DNA of 64,000 nt, from positions 3,472,001 through 3,536,000 of the forward strand of contig OZ251224.1 in NCBI GenBank assembly GCA_965240325.2, read 5' to 3'. Under the pieces are notes generated by a model, which was not told the DNA's origin, ran no database searches, and saw only the letters and a program-made list of their open reading frames with translations. This DNA comes from Rebecca billardiae RCC1528 (Eukaryota; Protista; Haptophyta). Made by a program: the position numbers and the translations under genes. Within the stretch, counting starts at the first letter, position 1; the number at the start of each line of letters is the position of its first letter. Of this stretch, positions 43,288 through 53,842 are shown in pieces.

Positions 43288-44445
43288 GCGGTCGACCTGA
43301 AGCACCGCAAGTGCGATCACGCCGGCTGCACCACGCGGCGTTCATTCGGCATGCCGGGTGACGCGCGCCCCAGCCGATGCGCTGCGCACAAGCTGGCCGG
43401 CATGGTCGACCTGAAGCACCGCAAGTGCGATCACACCGGCTGCACCACTGTGCCTCACTTTGGCATGGCAGGTGACGCGCGCGCCAGCCGGTGCGCTGCG
43501 CACAAGCTGGCCGGCATGGTCATCCTGAAGAAGCGCAAGTGCGATCACACGGGCTGCACCACGCAGCCTCACTTCGGCATGGCAGGTGACGCGCGCGCCA
43601 GCCGGTGCGCTGCGCACAAGCTGGCTGGCATGGTCGACGTGAGCAGCCGCAAGTGTGGTCACGCGGGCTGCACCACGCGGCCTTCCTTCGGCATGCCGGG
43701 TGACGCGCGCGCCAGCCGGTGCGCTACGCACAAGCTGGCTGGCATGGTCGACCTGAAGCACCCCAAGTGCGATCACACTGGCTGCACCACGCGGCCTTAC
43801 TTCAGCATGCCGGGTGACGAGCGCGCCAGCCGGTGCGCTGCGCACAAGCTGGCTGGCATGGTCGACCTGAAGAGCCCCAAGTGCGATCACACTGGCTGCA
43901 CCACGCGGCCTTCCTTCGGCATGCCGGGTGACGCGCGCGCCAGCCGGTGCGCTGCGCACAAGCTGGCTGGCATGGTCGACCTGAAGAGCCCCAAGTGCGG
44001 TCACACTGGCTGCACCACGCGGCCTTCCTTCGGCATGCCGGGTGACGCGCGCGCCAGCCGGTGCGCTGCGCACAAGCTGGCTGGCATGGTCGACCTGAAG
44101 AACCCCAAGTGCGATCACACTGGCTGCACCACTGTGCCGTCGTTTGGCATAGCAGGTGACACGCACGCCAGCCGGTGCGCTGCGCACAAGCTGGCCGGCA
44201 TGAAGCGCCCCCGGAGTGGTGCGCACGAGCGCGGGCTGGAGCAAGACATGAGGAGCCCCAACGAGGTGACGAGCGCCGCCAAGCGACAGCCGAAGCGCAC
44301 CAGCAGCACAGCCACTGCTCCGGACGTTGTGGCACCGCGGCGGCCGCGATCATCGCAGCTGCCGCCGCTGGTCACAGCCAGCGTCGTATCGATGCCGTCG
44401 TCGCATGTACGACCCGTGGTGATGGCCAGGCGGGTGAGGGCCTGA
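43285..44445 (+). CDS. EsV-1-7 cysteine-rich repeat protein (8 x 38 aa) with a basic C-terminal tail
   Basis: Unit MVDLKxxKCDHTGCTTxPxFGMPGDARASRCAAHKLAG (C-x4-C-x16-C-x2-H) with a 114-nt period over about 43289-44202. Alternative ATG at 43255. Confidence 0.85.
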   Translation: MAVDLKHRKCDHAGCTTRRSFGMPGDARPSRCAAHKLAGMVDLKHRKCDHTGCTTVPHFGMAGDARASRCAAHKLAGMVILKKRKCDHTGCTTQPHFGMAGDARASRCAAHKLAGMVDVSSRKCGHAGCTTRPSFGMPGDARASRCATHKLAGMVDLKHPKCDHTGCTTRPYFSMPGDERASRCAAHKLAGMVDLKSPKCDHTGCTTRPSFGMPGDARASRCAAHKLAGMVDLKSPKCGHTGCTTRPSFGMPGDARASRCAAHKLAGMVDLKNPKCDHTGCTTVPSFGIAGDTHASRCAAHKLAGMKRPRSGAHERGLEQDMRSPNEVTSAAKRQPKRTSSTATAPDVVAPRRPRSSQLPPLVTASVVSMPSSHVRPVVMARRVRA

Positions 44446-44914
44446 GGCTGAGCGCCCTGAGCAGTGTCATCACTTGGATCACGACACTGGAAGCCACGCC
44501 GCGCGCGCTGGCAGTATGAGCGGTACTACGGCCTACCGAGTAATTCATCTAATATAATAATAAAACTAATAATTATTATTTTAAAAAAATACGTATATAT
44601 ATATATTACTTATTGACAGTCAGTGCAAATGCCAGAGCAGTGCCAGCTCATCTGACCAGTATCTGCTGCTACTATCTAGATCGATGACGAGTATATAACT
44701 ATAATGAACTGACGCGCCACTCTAATAACCTGTCGTACGTTCGACGAATCATTTTTACACGGTCACGGTCACAGCTCCATGCAGGCTGACGGCACAGGCC
44801 TGCCGACGTACAGCTATGGCCGCCTCGATGAGGTGCGGCAATGCGCCCCTCGCCTACCTGAGCCGGTCTGTTTGTGGCGGTGTCTTCGTGCAGTGTTGGA
44901 TGGCGTGAATCACG

Positions 44915-44956
44915 CCTTAACCAAGTGTGCACGTGAAAACATATAGCAGTAAACTG
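44915..44956 (-). mobile_element. Family B terminus
   Basis: CCTTAACCAAGTGTGCACGTGAAAACATATAGCAGTAAACTG, a reverse-complement relative of 441-474. Confidence 0.65.
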
Positions 44957-46720
44957 AAGTCAGACAGCAGCCACAGCTGTCTGTACGGCGTCTGTGAGTG
45001 ACAGCACGTGTGACGCGGTACGCGAGTCGTCACTCGTCAGTCGGGATGGCGGTCACCGACGGTGGATCAGCCGGGCCTGTCATGGGACATCACTACCGTT
45101 AGTGGCGTTACGCCGACTTACGCCAACTGTTGGTGGCATCGGACGGACGGCAGACTCGCGGGAAGCATCACCGTATCGTAGTTAGTTCTGCTGTTACACT
45201 CACTCAGACTCATGATGCGCATGAATCACGCCATATGATCGATTTTGATGCAGACTGCTGTCACACCAGTTGGCGGACCCCCGTGGCCGTGCCACCACGT
45301 CCGCGCGCGGCGGCGCCGTGACCGAGCCAGTGCGGCTGCTGCCCGATGGCGGCTGGTAACGGCCCGAGCTACTGGACTGGGTTATTGGACTGCCACTACT
45401 GACTTACGGTCTCAGAAGCCTGCACTGCAGCACTACACTAAGACGTCGATGACGGAATGAAGACTGACACTCAGTCACTCACACTTCACAATGGTGTGAG
45501 TGTCAAAATCGGGCGGCGGTGTCACAAACCCAACAGGAGTCCGAGGTGCGCAGACGAAGTGACGGACGACTCGATCTGAGTGGTTGAGTCCGGCATCCCC
45601 GCCGCCGGTCCCGACGCGAGGCAACGCGGTAGCATATAGTCAATAAGACTGCTGAACCGTCTTAGACACTGTAGGCAGCAGTACTCAGTAGTTAGAATTT
45701 ACCACTGCCCTAATTAGTCTGAGCCCATGGATTCGGCAGACCGCGGGCCGCGACCGTGACCTTCGGGCGTGACAACCACTCGGAACCAGTCACTAACTCA
45801 GCAATCAGTGGCACGGACAGGCGCTATTCCCCTAGCTCGACGCTAGTCCCGAGTCCGCGCTGCGATTATTCTTAGTAGTCTACTCGGTACACAGACTCGC
45901 GGTCGGCTGTTTCGCTGCGCTTCCGATGCACGCAGCCTGCTTGCCGCGTGAACGCGAGGCGGCAATGTCGGTGTTGATTGCGTGCGTGATGTTTCCGAAG
46001 GTAGAATCGGCGACCGTGACGGTGCCCAACGTGGCAGCTGCGGTCGGTCCAATGCGGCAGCCCGAGCAACCAACATGAGGCGGGACGGACCCTCCCCACT
46101 CTGCCGCGCTACCTGGTCTCAACACGGCGGCAGATGGAAGCTCAGGACGTCCCACCTGTACGCGCACAGTACTTGACTCGACTGCCGCGCGGTGGGCGGG
46201 AGTGTGCCCTGGGCCCTCGTGTGCTCTCTACATGGCGCACTTGGAGGGCTACTGCTCAAGACAGTGCGGGTCGGGCGTCGCGCTCCCGCCGCTCCGGCAT
46301 TACGCAATCTGTAAATCACGCCAGCCGGCAAATCCGGGAGAGTTCCGTCGTTACTGCGCAGTCCGGGGCTCTTGATGCGGCATGCCCGCCGCCCAAGATA
46401 GCCACTTGGAGCTTTGGCAGCGAGCTTAGAGCCCCGCCCCGTGAGGCAAAGCGGGGGGGTGAAGAGCGGCTCGCAGACGCCGCAGACTCGGAGGCGGCGC
46501 GGCAGCTGGTGCGCGCGCGTGCGCGCTCGGGATGCGGCGAGTGCGGCCGAAGCTGCGTGTATGCCAGCTCCAGACCCGCTGCGGCAGGCTGCGAGCCCTG
46601 CGACTGGTGTACGCGTGCGCGCGCGCGTGCGCATAATTCACCTTCCATGGCTGCCCTGGCGACGCCGTGCGATGTGTGCGCGTGCAGGGCCGCGGCGGGA
46701 GCCCGATCGGACGGGCAGCG

Positions 46721-49672
46721 ATGCTGTCCAACTTCAAGAAGAAGCTGGTACGCCTTCCGCTCGCGCCAGCTGCGCCTGCACGCCGCGCGCCCGCCCGCTG
46801 TGGGCAGAGAGTGTGTGGAGCGCCCGCGCGGCACGTGCGCTCATCACGCGGCGGCGGGCTGCCCTGCGTGCGCTGCGCCGCGCAGAACAACTATGGCGAC
46901 AAGGCGCAGTCGGCAGCGGTACGCCAACGCCCTCCCGCGCGCGCGCGTGCACGCGCGCCGCTCGCCGCACCTGCGCCGCCGGAGCGCTCGTGCGCCCGGC
47001 GCGGCGCCGGGCGGCTGTTGCGTGTCGGGAATGCCTGCGCCCGCGCGCGCGCGCCGTGCTCACGAGCGCATGCCCGGCGTGCGCCCCGTGCCCGCCGCGA
47101 GCAGACCGGAGCGAACGCGTCCAAGCCTGGCGCCAAGACAGGCTCGCCCGCCGGCGGCTCGACCGCGCCCAAGCCCGACCCGGCAAAGAGCAAGCCGGCC
47201 ACGGCGGCGCCGGGCGGCGGCAACGGCGGCAAGGCGGTAGCGTCGCCTGAGACCGCGAAGAGCTCAGCGGTCGGCGGGCAGATCGAGTCGCTGCCGCTGT
47301 TCAAAGGTGCGCGGGGTGGGTGGCGCCGGACGTGCCGCGCGGCCCGCGCGCCGCGCACCAGCGCGCGACACGGCTGGAGCGGCTGGGGTTGCGTGCGCGG
47401 GCGCGCGGGCGCGCGGGCGCGCGGGCGCGCGAGGGCGCGCGCACTCGCGTCGCCGCACCGCGGCGCGCGCGCGCACGGGCGCGGGCGTGTGCTCGGCGCG
47501 CGCGCGGCGCGGGCGCGATGTCGTGCGGCGTGGGGCTGCAGGGCCGGGCTGTGCCGCGCCGGGCCAGAGCCACCGCGTGGGCGTGCGGTGCGCCCCTGCA
47601 GCACTAGCACCGTCCGCAGTTGCGCGGCCGCCGCCTCACGCCGGCTCGTTGCCCCGTCCCTGCGCCCCGCCACCTCCGCCTGCGCCTTGCGCCTCGTGCG
47701 CTGCGCGTGCGCGCGCGCTCCCTCGGCCTCTCCCCCCGTCCCTCCCGCTCCCTCGCGCGCGCGCGCAGACGTGCCCGTCGCCGAGCGGCAGAACCTCTTC
47801 ATCCGCAAGCTGAAGCTGTGCTGCGTGCAGGTGGACTTCTCCGACATCATGGTGGACGTCAAGGCCAAGGAGATCAAGCGCATCCAGCTGCTCGAGCTTG
47901 TGGACTACATCAACAGCACCAAGAACGTGTTCAACGAGCTGACCTTCCCCGAGGTGATCGCGATGGTCAAGGCCAACCTCTTCCGCACGCTCTCGCCCTC
48001 CAACGCCTCCTCCTCCGCCATCTTCGACCCCGAGGAGGATGAGCCGACGCTCGAGCCCGCGTGGCCTCACCTCCAGTACGTCTATGAGTTCCTGCTGCGC
48101 TTCATCGTGTGCAACGAGACGGACCCGAAGGTGGTGAAGCGGTACCTGGACACGGACTTTCTGCTGCGGCTGCTCGAGCTCTTCGACTCGGAGGACCCGC
48201 GCGAGCGCGACTACCTGAAGACCATCCTGCACCGCATCTACGGCAAGTTCATGCCATACCGCGCGTTCATTCGCAAGGCCATCAACAACATCTTCTACCA
48301 GTTCGTGTACGAGACGGAGAGGTGCGCGGCGGCGTGGCGGGGGCGCGGTGCTGGTGCCGGGGCACGCGCGGCGGCGGCACGCCGAGGGCGGCACGCTGAG
48401 GGCGGTGGCTGGCGGCGCGCGCCGGGTGGCGCCAGAGCCGCGCGCGCGCGCGGGCGCGCCGCCGGGGCGCGCGCGGTGTGGGTTGAGGGCGCGGGGCGGC
48501 CGAGAGTCCGGGGCGCCCGCAGTGACGACTCACTCAAACTCGCTGATTCTTTCGAGGGCGCACGCCGCCCCCTGAGAGCCTCACTTTGGCTGTGTCTGAG
48601 CGGGCGCGCGGGCTGAGGGCTGCGCGCGCGCGCGCCGAGGGGTGTGGCGCGAGCTGCGCGGCGCCGGCGCGGACGTGCGGGCGTGGTCGGTGGGCTGGGG
48701 GGCGGCGGTGGGGCTGGCGCGGCTTTGGCCGTCGGCTGCGCGGAGGAGCTGCCGCGTGGCGTGAGCGGGGGCGGCGCGCGGGGGCCTGGCGGGAGCACGG
48801 CCAGAGGGGCGGGGGGCACCCCGCCCACTCCCCCCAGCGGGCGGCTTTGGCGCTTGAGGCAGCCGCCACCCACCGCCGCCCAGCCGGGCTGTCTGGGCGC
48901 GCGCACGCGCGTGGCCCGCGCCTCCTCCGCGCGCCCCGCTCGGGCTCACACGCGCGCCCCCGCGCCGCCGCCGCCCCGCAGGCACAACGGGATCGCCGAG
49001 CTCCTCGAGATCCTCGGCTCGATCATCAACGGGTTTGCGCTGCCGCTCAAGGAGGAGCACAAGGCCTTCCTGATGCGCGCGCTGCTGCCGCTGCACAAGG
49101 TCAAGTTCGTCGGCATGTACCACCAGCAGCTCTCGTACTGCGTGACGCAGTTCGTCGAGAAGGACCCCAAGCTCGCGGTGCCCGTGCTCAAGTCGATGCT
49201 CGCGTTCTGGCCGCTCACCTACTCGCCGAAGGAGGTCCTGTTCCTCAACGAGGTCGAGGAGATCCTCGAGATGATCCACGCCAACGAGTTCCACGCGGTC
49301 ATGGGGCCGCTCTTCACAAAGGTGGCGGCATGCATCGGCTCGCCGCACTTCCAGGTGGCGGAGCGCGCGCTCTTCCTGTGGAACAACGAGTACGTCGTCT
49401 CGCTCATCGCGCAGAACCGCGAGCAGATCCTGCCGATCGTCTTCGAGGCGCTCTACAACAACTCGCGCTCGCACTGGAACTCGACGGTGCACTCGCTCAC
49501 GTGCAACGTGGTCAAGCTCTTCATGGAGATGGACGCCAACCTCTTCGACGAGTGCAGCAACAACTACCGCACGCAGGCGGCAGAGCTCAAGGAGGCGGTG
49601 CGCGCGCGCGCGCACCGCGCGCACCGCGCACCCGCGCGCCGCCACTCACCGCGCTGCCTGCCCATCCCGCGC

Positions 49673-49715
<43 letters not shown>

Positions 49716-50197
49716 TGCGCGCCCGCCCCGCAGGCGCAACGGCGTACCGAGGCGTGGCACGAGGTCCTGCTCGAGGCGAAGAAGGCGGACGACTTCGCGC
49801 TGATCGAGCTGAACGACGCGGTGCTCTCGATGGGCGAGAAGGCGCAGCTCAACGGCGGCGAGGCGCGCGAGGAGCGCATGTTCGACGACGACGTGCTCGA
49901 CATGCATGAGATGATGGATGCAAACTACCAGCCCAACGCGGCTAAGGAGGGGGACTCGCGACGCAGGACCAACCTGCCTGGCGGAGACGCGGAGGCCAAC
50001 ATGGACAAAAAGGCGCTGCCCACAGTCTTTGGCTCGGTGCGCCGCGCGGCACGCGCGGCGCGCGACGCTCGCCGCCGCTGCCGCCCCACGCCCGCCGGCT
50101 GAAAGCGCATCGACAGCTGACGCCCGACCCCCGCGCGCGCGCGCGGTGTCGCGCCGCGCAGGCGCTAGAGGCCGGCGCAGGCGGCGGGGCGCAGTGA
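46721..50197 (+). CDS. PPP2R5: Protein phosphatase 2A regulatory subunit B' (B56); about 7 exons
   Basis: [65 protein letters not shown] and [11 protein letters not shown] motifs. Exons 46721-47, 46886-918, 47105-306, 47769-48321, 48982-49597, 49734-50036 and probably 50162-97. Confidence 0.95.
49672..49715 (+). repeat. (GCC)n microsatellite in an intron
   Basis: Uninterrupted ccg/gcc run. Confidence 0.85.
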
Positions 50198-50661
50198 GCA
50201 TCCGGCGGCGGCTCGGCCGACGCCGTGTGGCGCCCACGCCGCGCGCGGGCGAGCGCGCCCGCGCCCGCCCCAGCCCCGCCACTGGCTGGCCTCGATGGCG
50301 CCAGCAGCGGCGGGCGGGGAGGGCGCGGCCGGCGCTCTCTCGCGCTCGCAGCCGGCCGGCGCAGCGCGCGCCGCCGAGCGGGGCGATCAGAGCCTCAGAC
50401 TCACGCACTCTACTGGGAACGGCAGCTCGGCGCCATGCCGCGCGGCGTGCGGCGCAGGGCGGCGTCGCGAGCGCTCGCGTCGACGCTGCCTCACTCACGC
50501 GCGGGCATCACTCGCAGCGCATGCCCTCGGACGCGTGACGGGGCGGACGGCCCGCGTGCCACATGTTCGGAGCGCTTCAAGTCCTGTCTTCGTCGGAGGC
50601 TGTCACGCCGATGGGCCGCGCGGGCCCGCGAGTGGCCTGCCCGGGCGGCTGCCTTATTGTA

Positions 50662-50723
50662 AAACTCATCAGCTAGTGGGGTCAGAGCTCCGACCCCACT
50701 AGAAACTCATCAGCTAGTGGGGT
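50662..50723 (+). repeat. 21-bp direct repeat
   Basis: AAACTCATCAGCTAGTGGGGT at 50662-50682 and 50703-50723. Confidence 0.8.
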
Positions 50724-50844
50724 ATACTGCTGGATCAAATAATCGACATCGTCATCATCGACGACCATGTTCTAATTGTTCGATATCTAGTATTAGCTCA
50801 CTAACTAGCTGAAAACTGACTGAAATTCTGAAACTAGCTGACCG

Positions 50845-52041
50845 CTACTGCTGAGGGATCGCGAGCTCCTCGTACGCATATTCGGTGCGAGGGCGCACGC
50901 CGGCCGCCACCTCAGCCGCTCTCGGCTCGGCTGCGCCCACCTCGACCGCATACTCGTGCGCCAGGAGCCCCCACTCGACCAGCCGCATGATGCACGCCAG
51001 GTCGTCCGCAAAGTAGTTGCGCAGCAGCCGCACGGAGCGGGCGGAGAGCAGGTGCCGCTCACGCGTCTTGCTCGACGAGTCGTGTGTCTGGACCGGGGCC
51101 GGGACCCGGAGCTGTCGCCCCCCGCTGAATGCATGCACGAGCGCCGCCTCTAGCCCAGCCCAGCTCGCGCTGAAGTGCTCGGTCGTGCCGACGAACAGCA
51201 GCTGCCCGCGCACGCGCTCCAGACCGGCCGTGCCGCCCATGTAGTGAGCGATGCAGGTGCGTGCGTGCGCCACGTACATGAACATGGCGTCCAGCGCGTC
51301 GAAGGGCGCGTCCGATGCGGCCGCGCAGCGAACGAGCCACGTCTCCAGGTCACCGGCTCGCAGCTCCGCCACGCTCAGCGCCGCGCGCAGTGCTGCCGGG
51401 CCGCGTTCCTGGACGGCGCTCATCGTCTTGTTGAAGAAGGCGTCCAGATGGGAGACCTTCCTTTGCCTCTTCTCCTCATTCAGCGAGGCTCGTTCGAGGT
51501 TGACGTGGCTCGACCAGCACGAGGCAAGGCGTGCTACCGGGTCTCGCACCCACAGCACGATGCGCGCGGAGCCAACCACGTTCGCGATCGCGTCCACGCG
51601 TGCGAGCACAGGCGTTGGCAACTTGCAGCCCGTATTACAGCCGCACGCGCTTGAGTTGCTCGCCACCAGCGGACCGCCGAGCTTGGAATACCTGCATAGC
51701 CCCAAGCTGGGCACTTCCAACCCAGTCCACGTGCTCAGACCGTCGCCGCAGCCGTGCACCTGGATGTACTCGCGCACAAAGCCGGCCTTGCACACGGCCT
51801 TGAAGCCATGGCTGACGGTCGCGCCGCCGACTTTGCCCACGTGCACGTACGCGATGGTCGAGTTGGTCGAGGGCCCATGGGATGGATGCGTCATCCGATG
51901 CATAAGGCGGTTGAAGTTGAAGCATGCGCCCCCCGTCGCACCGAGGAGCAGTGCCGCAAGCGGCAGGCGCAGGCGGCACTGCGCCGTGATGCGAGGCGTC
52001 GGTCTCGTGGAGCAGTCCCGCGCGGGCGGGTGCGTCGCCAT
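50845..52041 (-). CDS. Membrane-anchored/secreted sulfotransferase-like protein (Golgi carbohydrate sulfotransferase type)
   Basis: N-terminal hydrophobic anchor, 5'-PSB-like YVHVGKVGGATV, 3'-PB-like VRDPVARLASCW and FVGTTEHF. Confidence 0.75.
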   Translation of the reverse strand: MATHPPARDCSTRPTPRITAQCRLRLPLAALLLGATGGACFNFNRLMHRMTHPSHGPSTNSTIAYVHVGKVGGATVSHGFKAVCKAGFVREYIQVHGCGDGLSTWTGLEVPSLGLCRYSKLGGPLVASNSSACGCNTGCKLPTPVLARVDAIANVVGSARIVLWVRDPVARLASCWSSHVNLERASLNEEKRQRKVSHLDAFFNKTMSAVQERGPAALRAALSVAELRAGDLETWLVRCAAASDAPFDALDAMFMYVAHARTCIAHYMGGTAGLERVRGQLLFVGTTEHFSASWAGLEAALVHAFSGGRQLRVPAPVQTHDSSSKTRERHLLSARSVRLLRNYFADDLACIMRLVEWGLLAHEYAVEVGAAEPRAAEVAAGVRPRTEYAYEELAIPQQ

Positions 52042-52311
52042 CCGGTCGCCATCATTCTGGGACCAAATCCAATGTCCGATATTATGATTGAGGGTGCCGT
52101 TAATTAATTGGCGGGCGGCGACAAGACAGTCGTCGCGACCCTTATTCGCAGGCGGACCTAAGGAGTAAGCAGCGACTCACGTCCCCCTGCACTCACGGCA
52201 GGCCTCGGGATGCACGGCGGGCGGTAGCCTTCGGAGACCCGGCAGTCGGCGCGGCTGGAAGCCCTGATTCGCATCAGTACGCATTGACGATTGCGCGCAC
52301 GTCGCTTGGCC

Positions 52312-53718
52312 CTACACCCGCCACCGTTGCTGAGACGGTCGGCGCATGTGCCCTGCGGACGCTGCGCGGGCCGGCCGCCTCGCGCCTCCGTAGGTCATAC
52401 GCTGCGCGTCCTCGCGCATGCGCAAGAAGGCGAGGTAGAGCTCGTCCTCCTCTGCGCTGCTGTCCGATGGCCGCCGTGTGCCCGCGCGCTCGCGCTGCCC
52501 GTGCCCTGTGGAGCGGCCGGCGACCCTCGCGCTTCCGGCGTGGCGCTGCCTCGGAGGCGAGCGCAGCACACCGCGGCTCGCCATCGGGGAGAGCCCCTGG
52601 GCCGCCATGGGCGAGGGCGCCCAGCCTGCGTGCCGGCTGCTGGACGCGCTGTGTGGGCGGGCGGTCGACATCGTGCGCACCGCCACCGCCGCAGGAGCCG
52701 CCTTGGCCTTGGCGGGCGGCGGCGTGGTCGCGCCGTGCGCTGCCGCCTCATCGAGGACGATTGTGCCACTCCATGCGTGCTTGGAGCGCGCGGCGCTGTG
52801 CGCGACGATCGCGGCGACCTTGGTCATCGGCTTTGCCACATACGGCACGGGTGCTGGCTCGAGCGTCAGCGCGCCCACGTCATCGTACCACTCGGCGGCC
52901 TCGTCGGCATCGGCCTCGTGCGGCGGCGCCGCGCCCGGCGTTTCCGGAGGACGTGGAGAGGACAGGCGCGGACGGTCGCGCGCGGACGGCGGCGGCGAAG
53001 GCGAGTGGGAGAGCGGCGCATCGTAGCGCCTGCGGGCCGCCTCGTCGGCGGGCACGCGGAACAGCCCGCCACCCGCGCCCTCGTTCGGCCTGACCTTGGC
53101 ACCAGGCCGCCGGGGCGGAGGGGCGGCCGTGAGCTTCCACCCGGGCAGCGCCTGGTGCCGTGGGGAAGGATGCGCGCCGGAGCCTGGTGTGCGCGGCCGC
53201 CGATTGGCGGAGCGCGGGCGCTCTGTGGGCTGGCGTGGCTCGCCGAGCACGAACGCGCGCGGCACGAATACGCTGTGCACCACGGGCACGTTGAGCACCG
53301 GCGGCATCTGCGCCTCGTGAGCCGGGAGGCGGGTCCTCGCCGCTTCATGCACGGCCGCGGCCATGGCTGCCTGCGGGTCAAGCACAGCGGGCTGCGGGTG
53401 CTCAGCCGCGTGATCCCGCTCCCAGAGTGCCTGGTGCCGCGTGGAGACGCGCGATCGCGACGTGGAAATGCCGAGCGAGCCGTCCTCCAGAATGCCGACG
53501 TACTGCTTGGTGAGCATCAGGGGTTCGGGGCGGGGCGACGTGCGTGCGGACGACGGGCGCCTTGCGCTCGCCAAGCTCTCCACCGTGTAGTGGGAGGATG
53601 CCCAGAAAGGCGGCGTCGCGTCAGGCACGTCGCGCAGCCGCCCAACACGCGGCACCTCGTCGATGGGCTCGGGCTGGTGAGCCACCTCATCGATGGGCTC
53701 GGGCTCATCAGCTTCCAT
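52312..53718 (-). CDS. Hypothetical Pro/Ala/Arg-rich disordered protein
   Basis: Long ORF beginning MEADEPEPIDEVAHQPEPIDEV, with several RPxSA motifs. No domain recognised. Confidence 0.55.
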   Translation of the reverse strand: MEADEPEPIDEVAHQPEPIDEVPRVGRLRDVPDATPPFWASSHYTVESLASARRPSSARTSPRPEPLMLTKQYVGILEDGSLGISTSRSRVSTRHQALWERDHAAEHPQPAVLDPQAAMAAAVHEAARTRLPAHEAQMPPVLNVPVVHSVFVPRAFVLGEPRQPTERPRSANRRPRTPGSGAHPSPRHQALPGWKLTAAPPPRRPGAKVRPNEGAGGGLFRVPADEAARRRYDAPLSHSPSPPPSARDRPRLSSPRPPETPGAAPPHEADADEAAEWYDDVGALTLEPAPVPYVAKPMTKVAAIVAHSAARSKHAWSGTIVLDEAAAHGATTPPPAKAKAAPAAVAVRTMSTARPHSASSSRHAGWAPSPMAAQGLSPMASRGVLRSPPRQRHAGSARVAGRSTGHGQRERAGTRRPSDSSAEEDELYLAFLRMREDAQRMTYGGARRPARAASAGHMRRPSQQRWRV

Positions 53719-53842
53719 CGTGGCGCGCCCGGTCCCGCCACCCAAGCTCTGTTCATCAGTTTGTAACGTTCCAGTCACGTTTCGTCGTCGTCGATGATCG
53801 ACTTCCGAGGAGCGCAATTACGGTATTTGCGATCGCGGCGCG

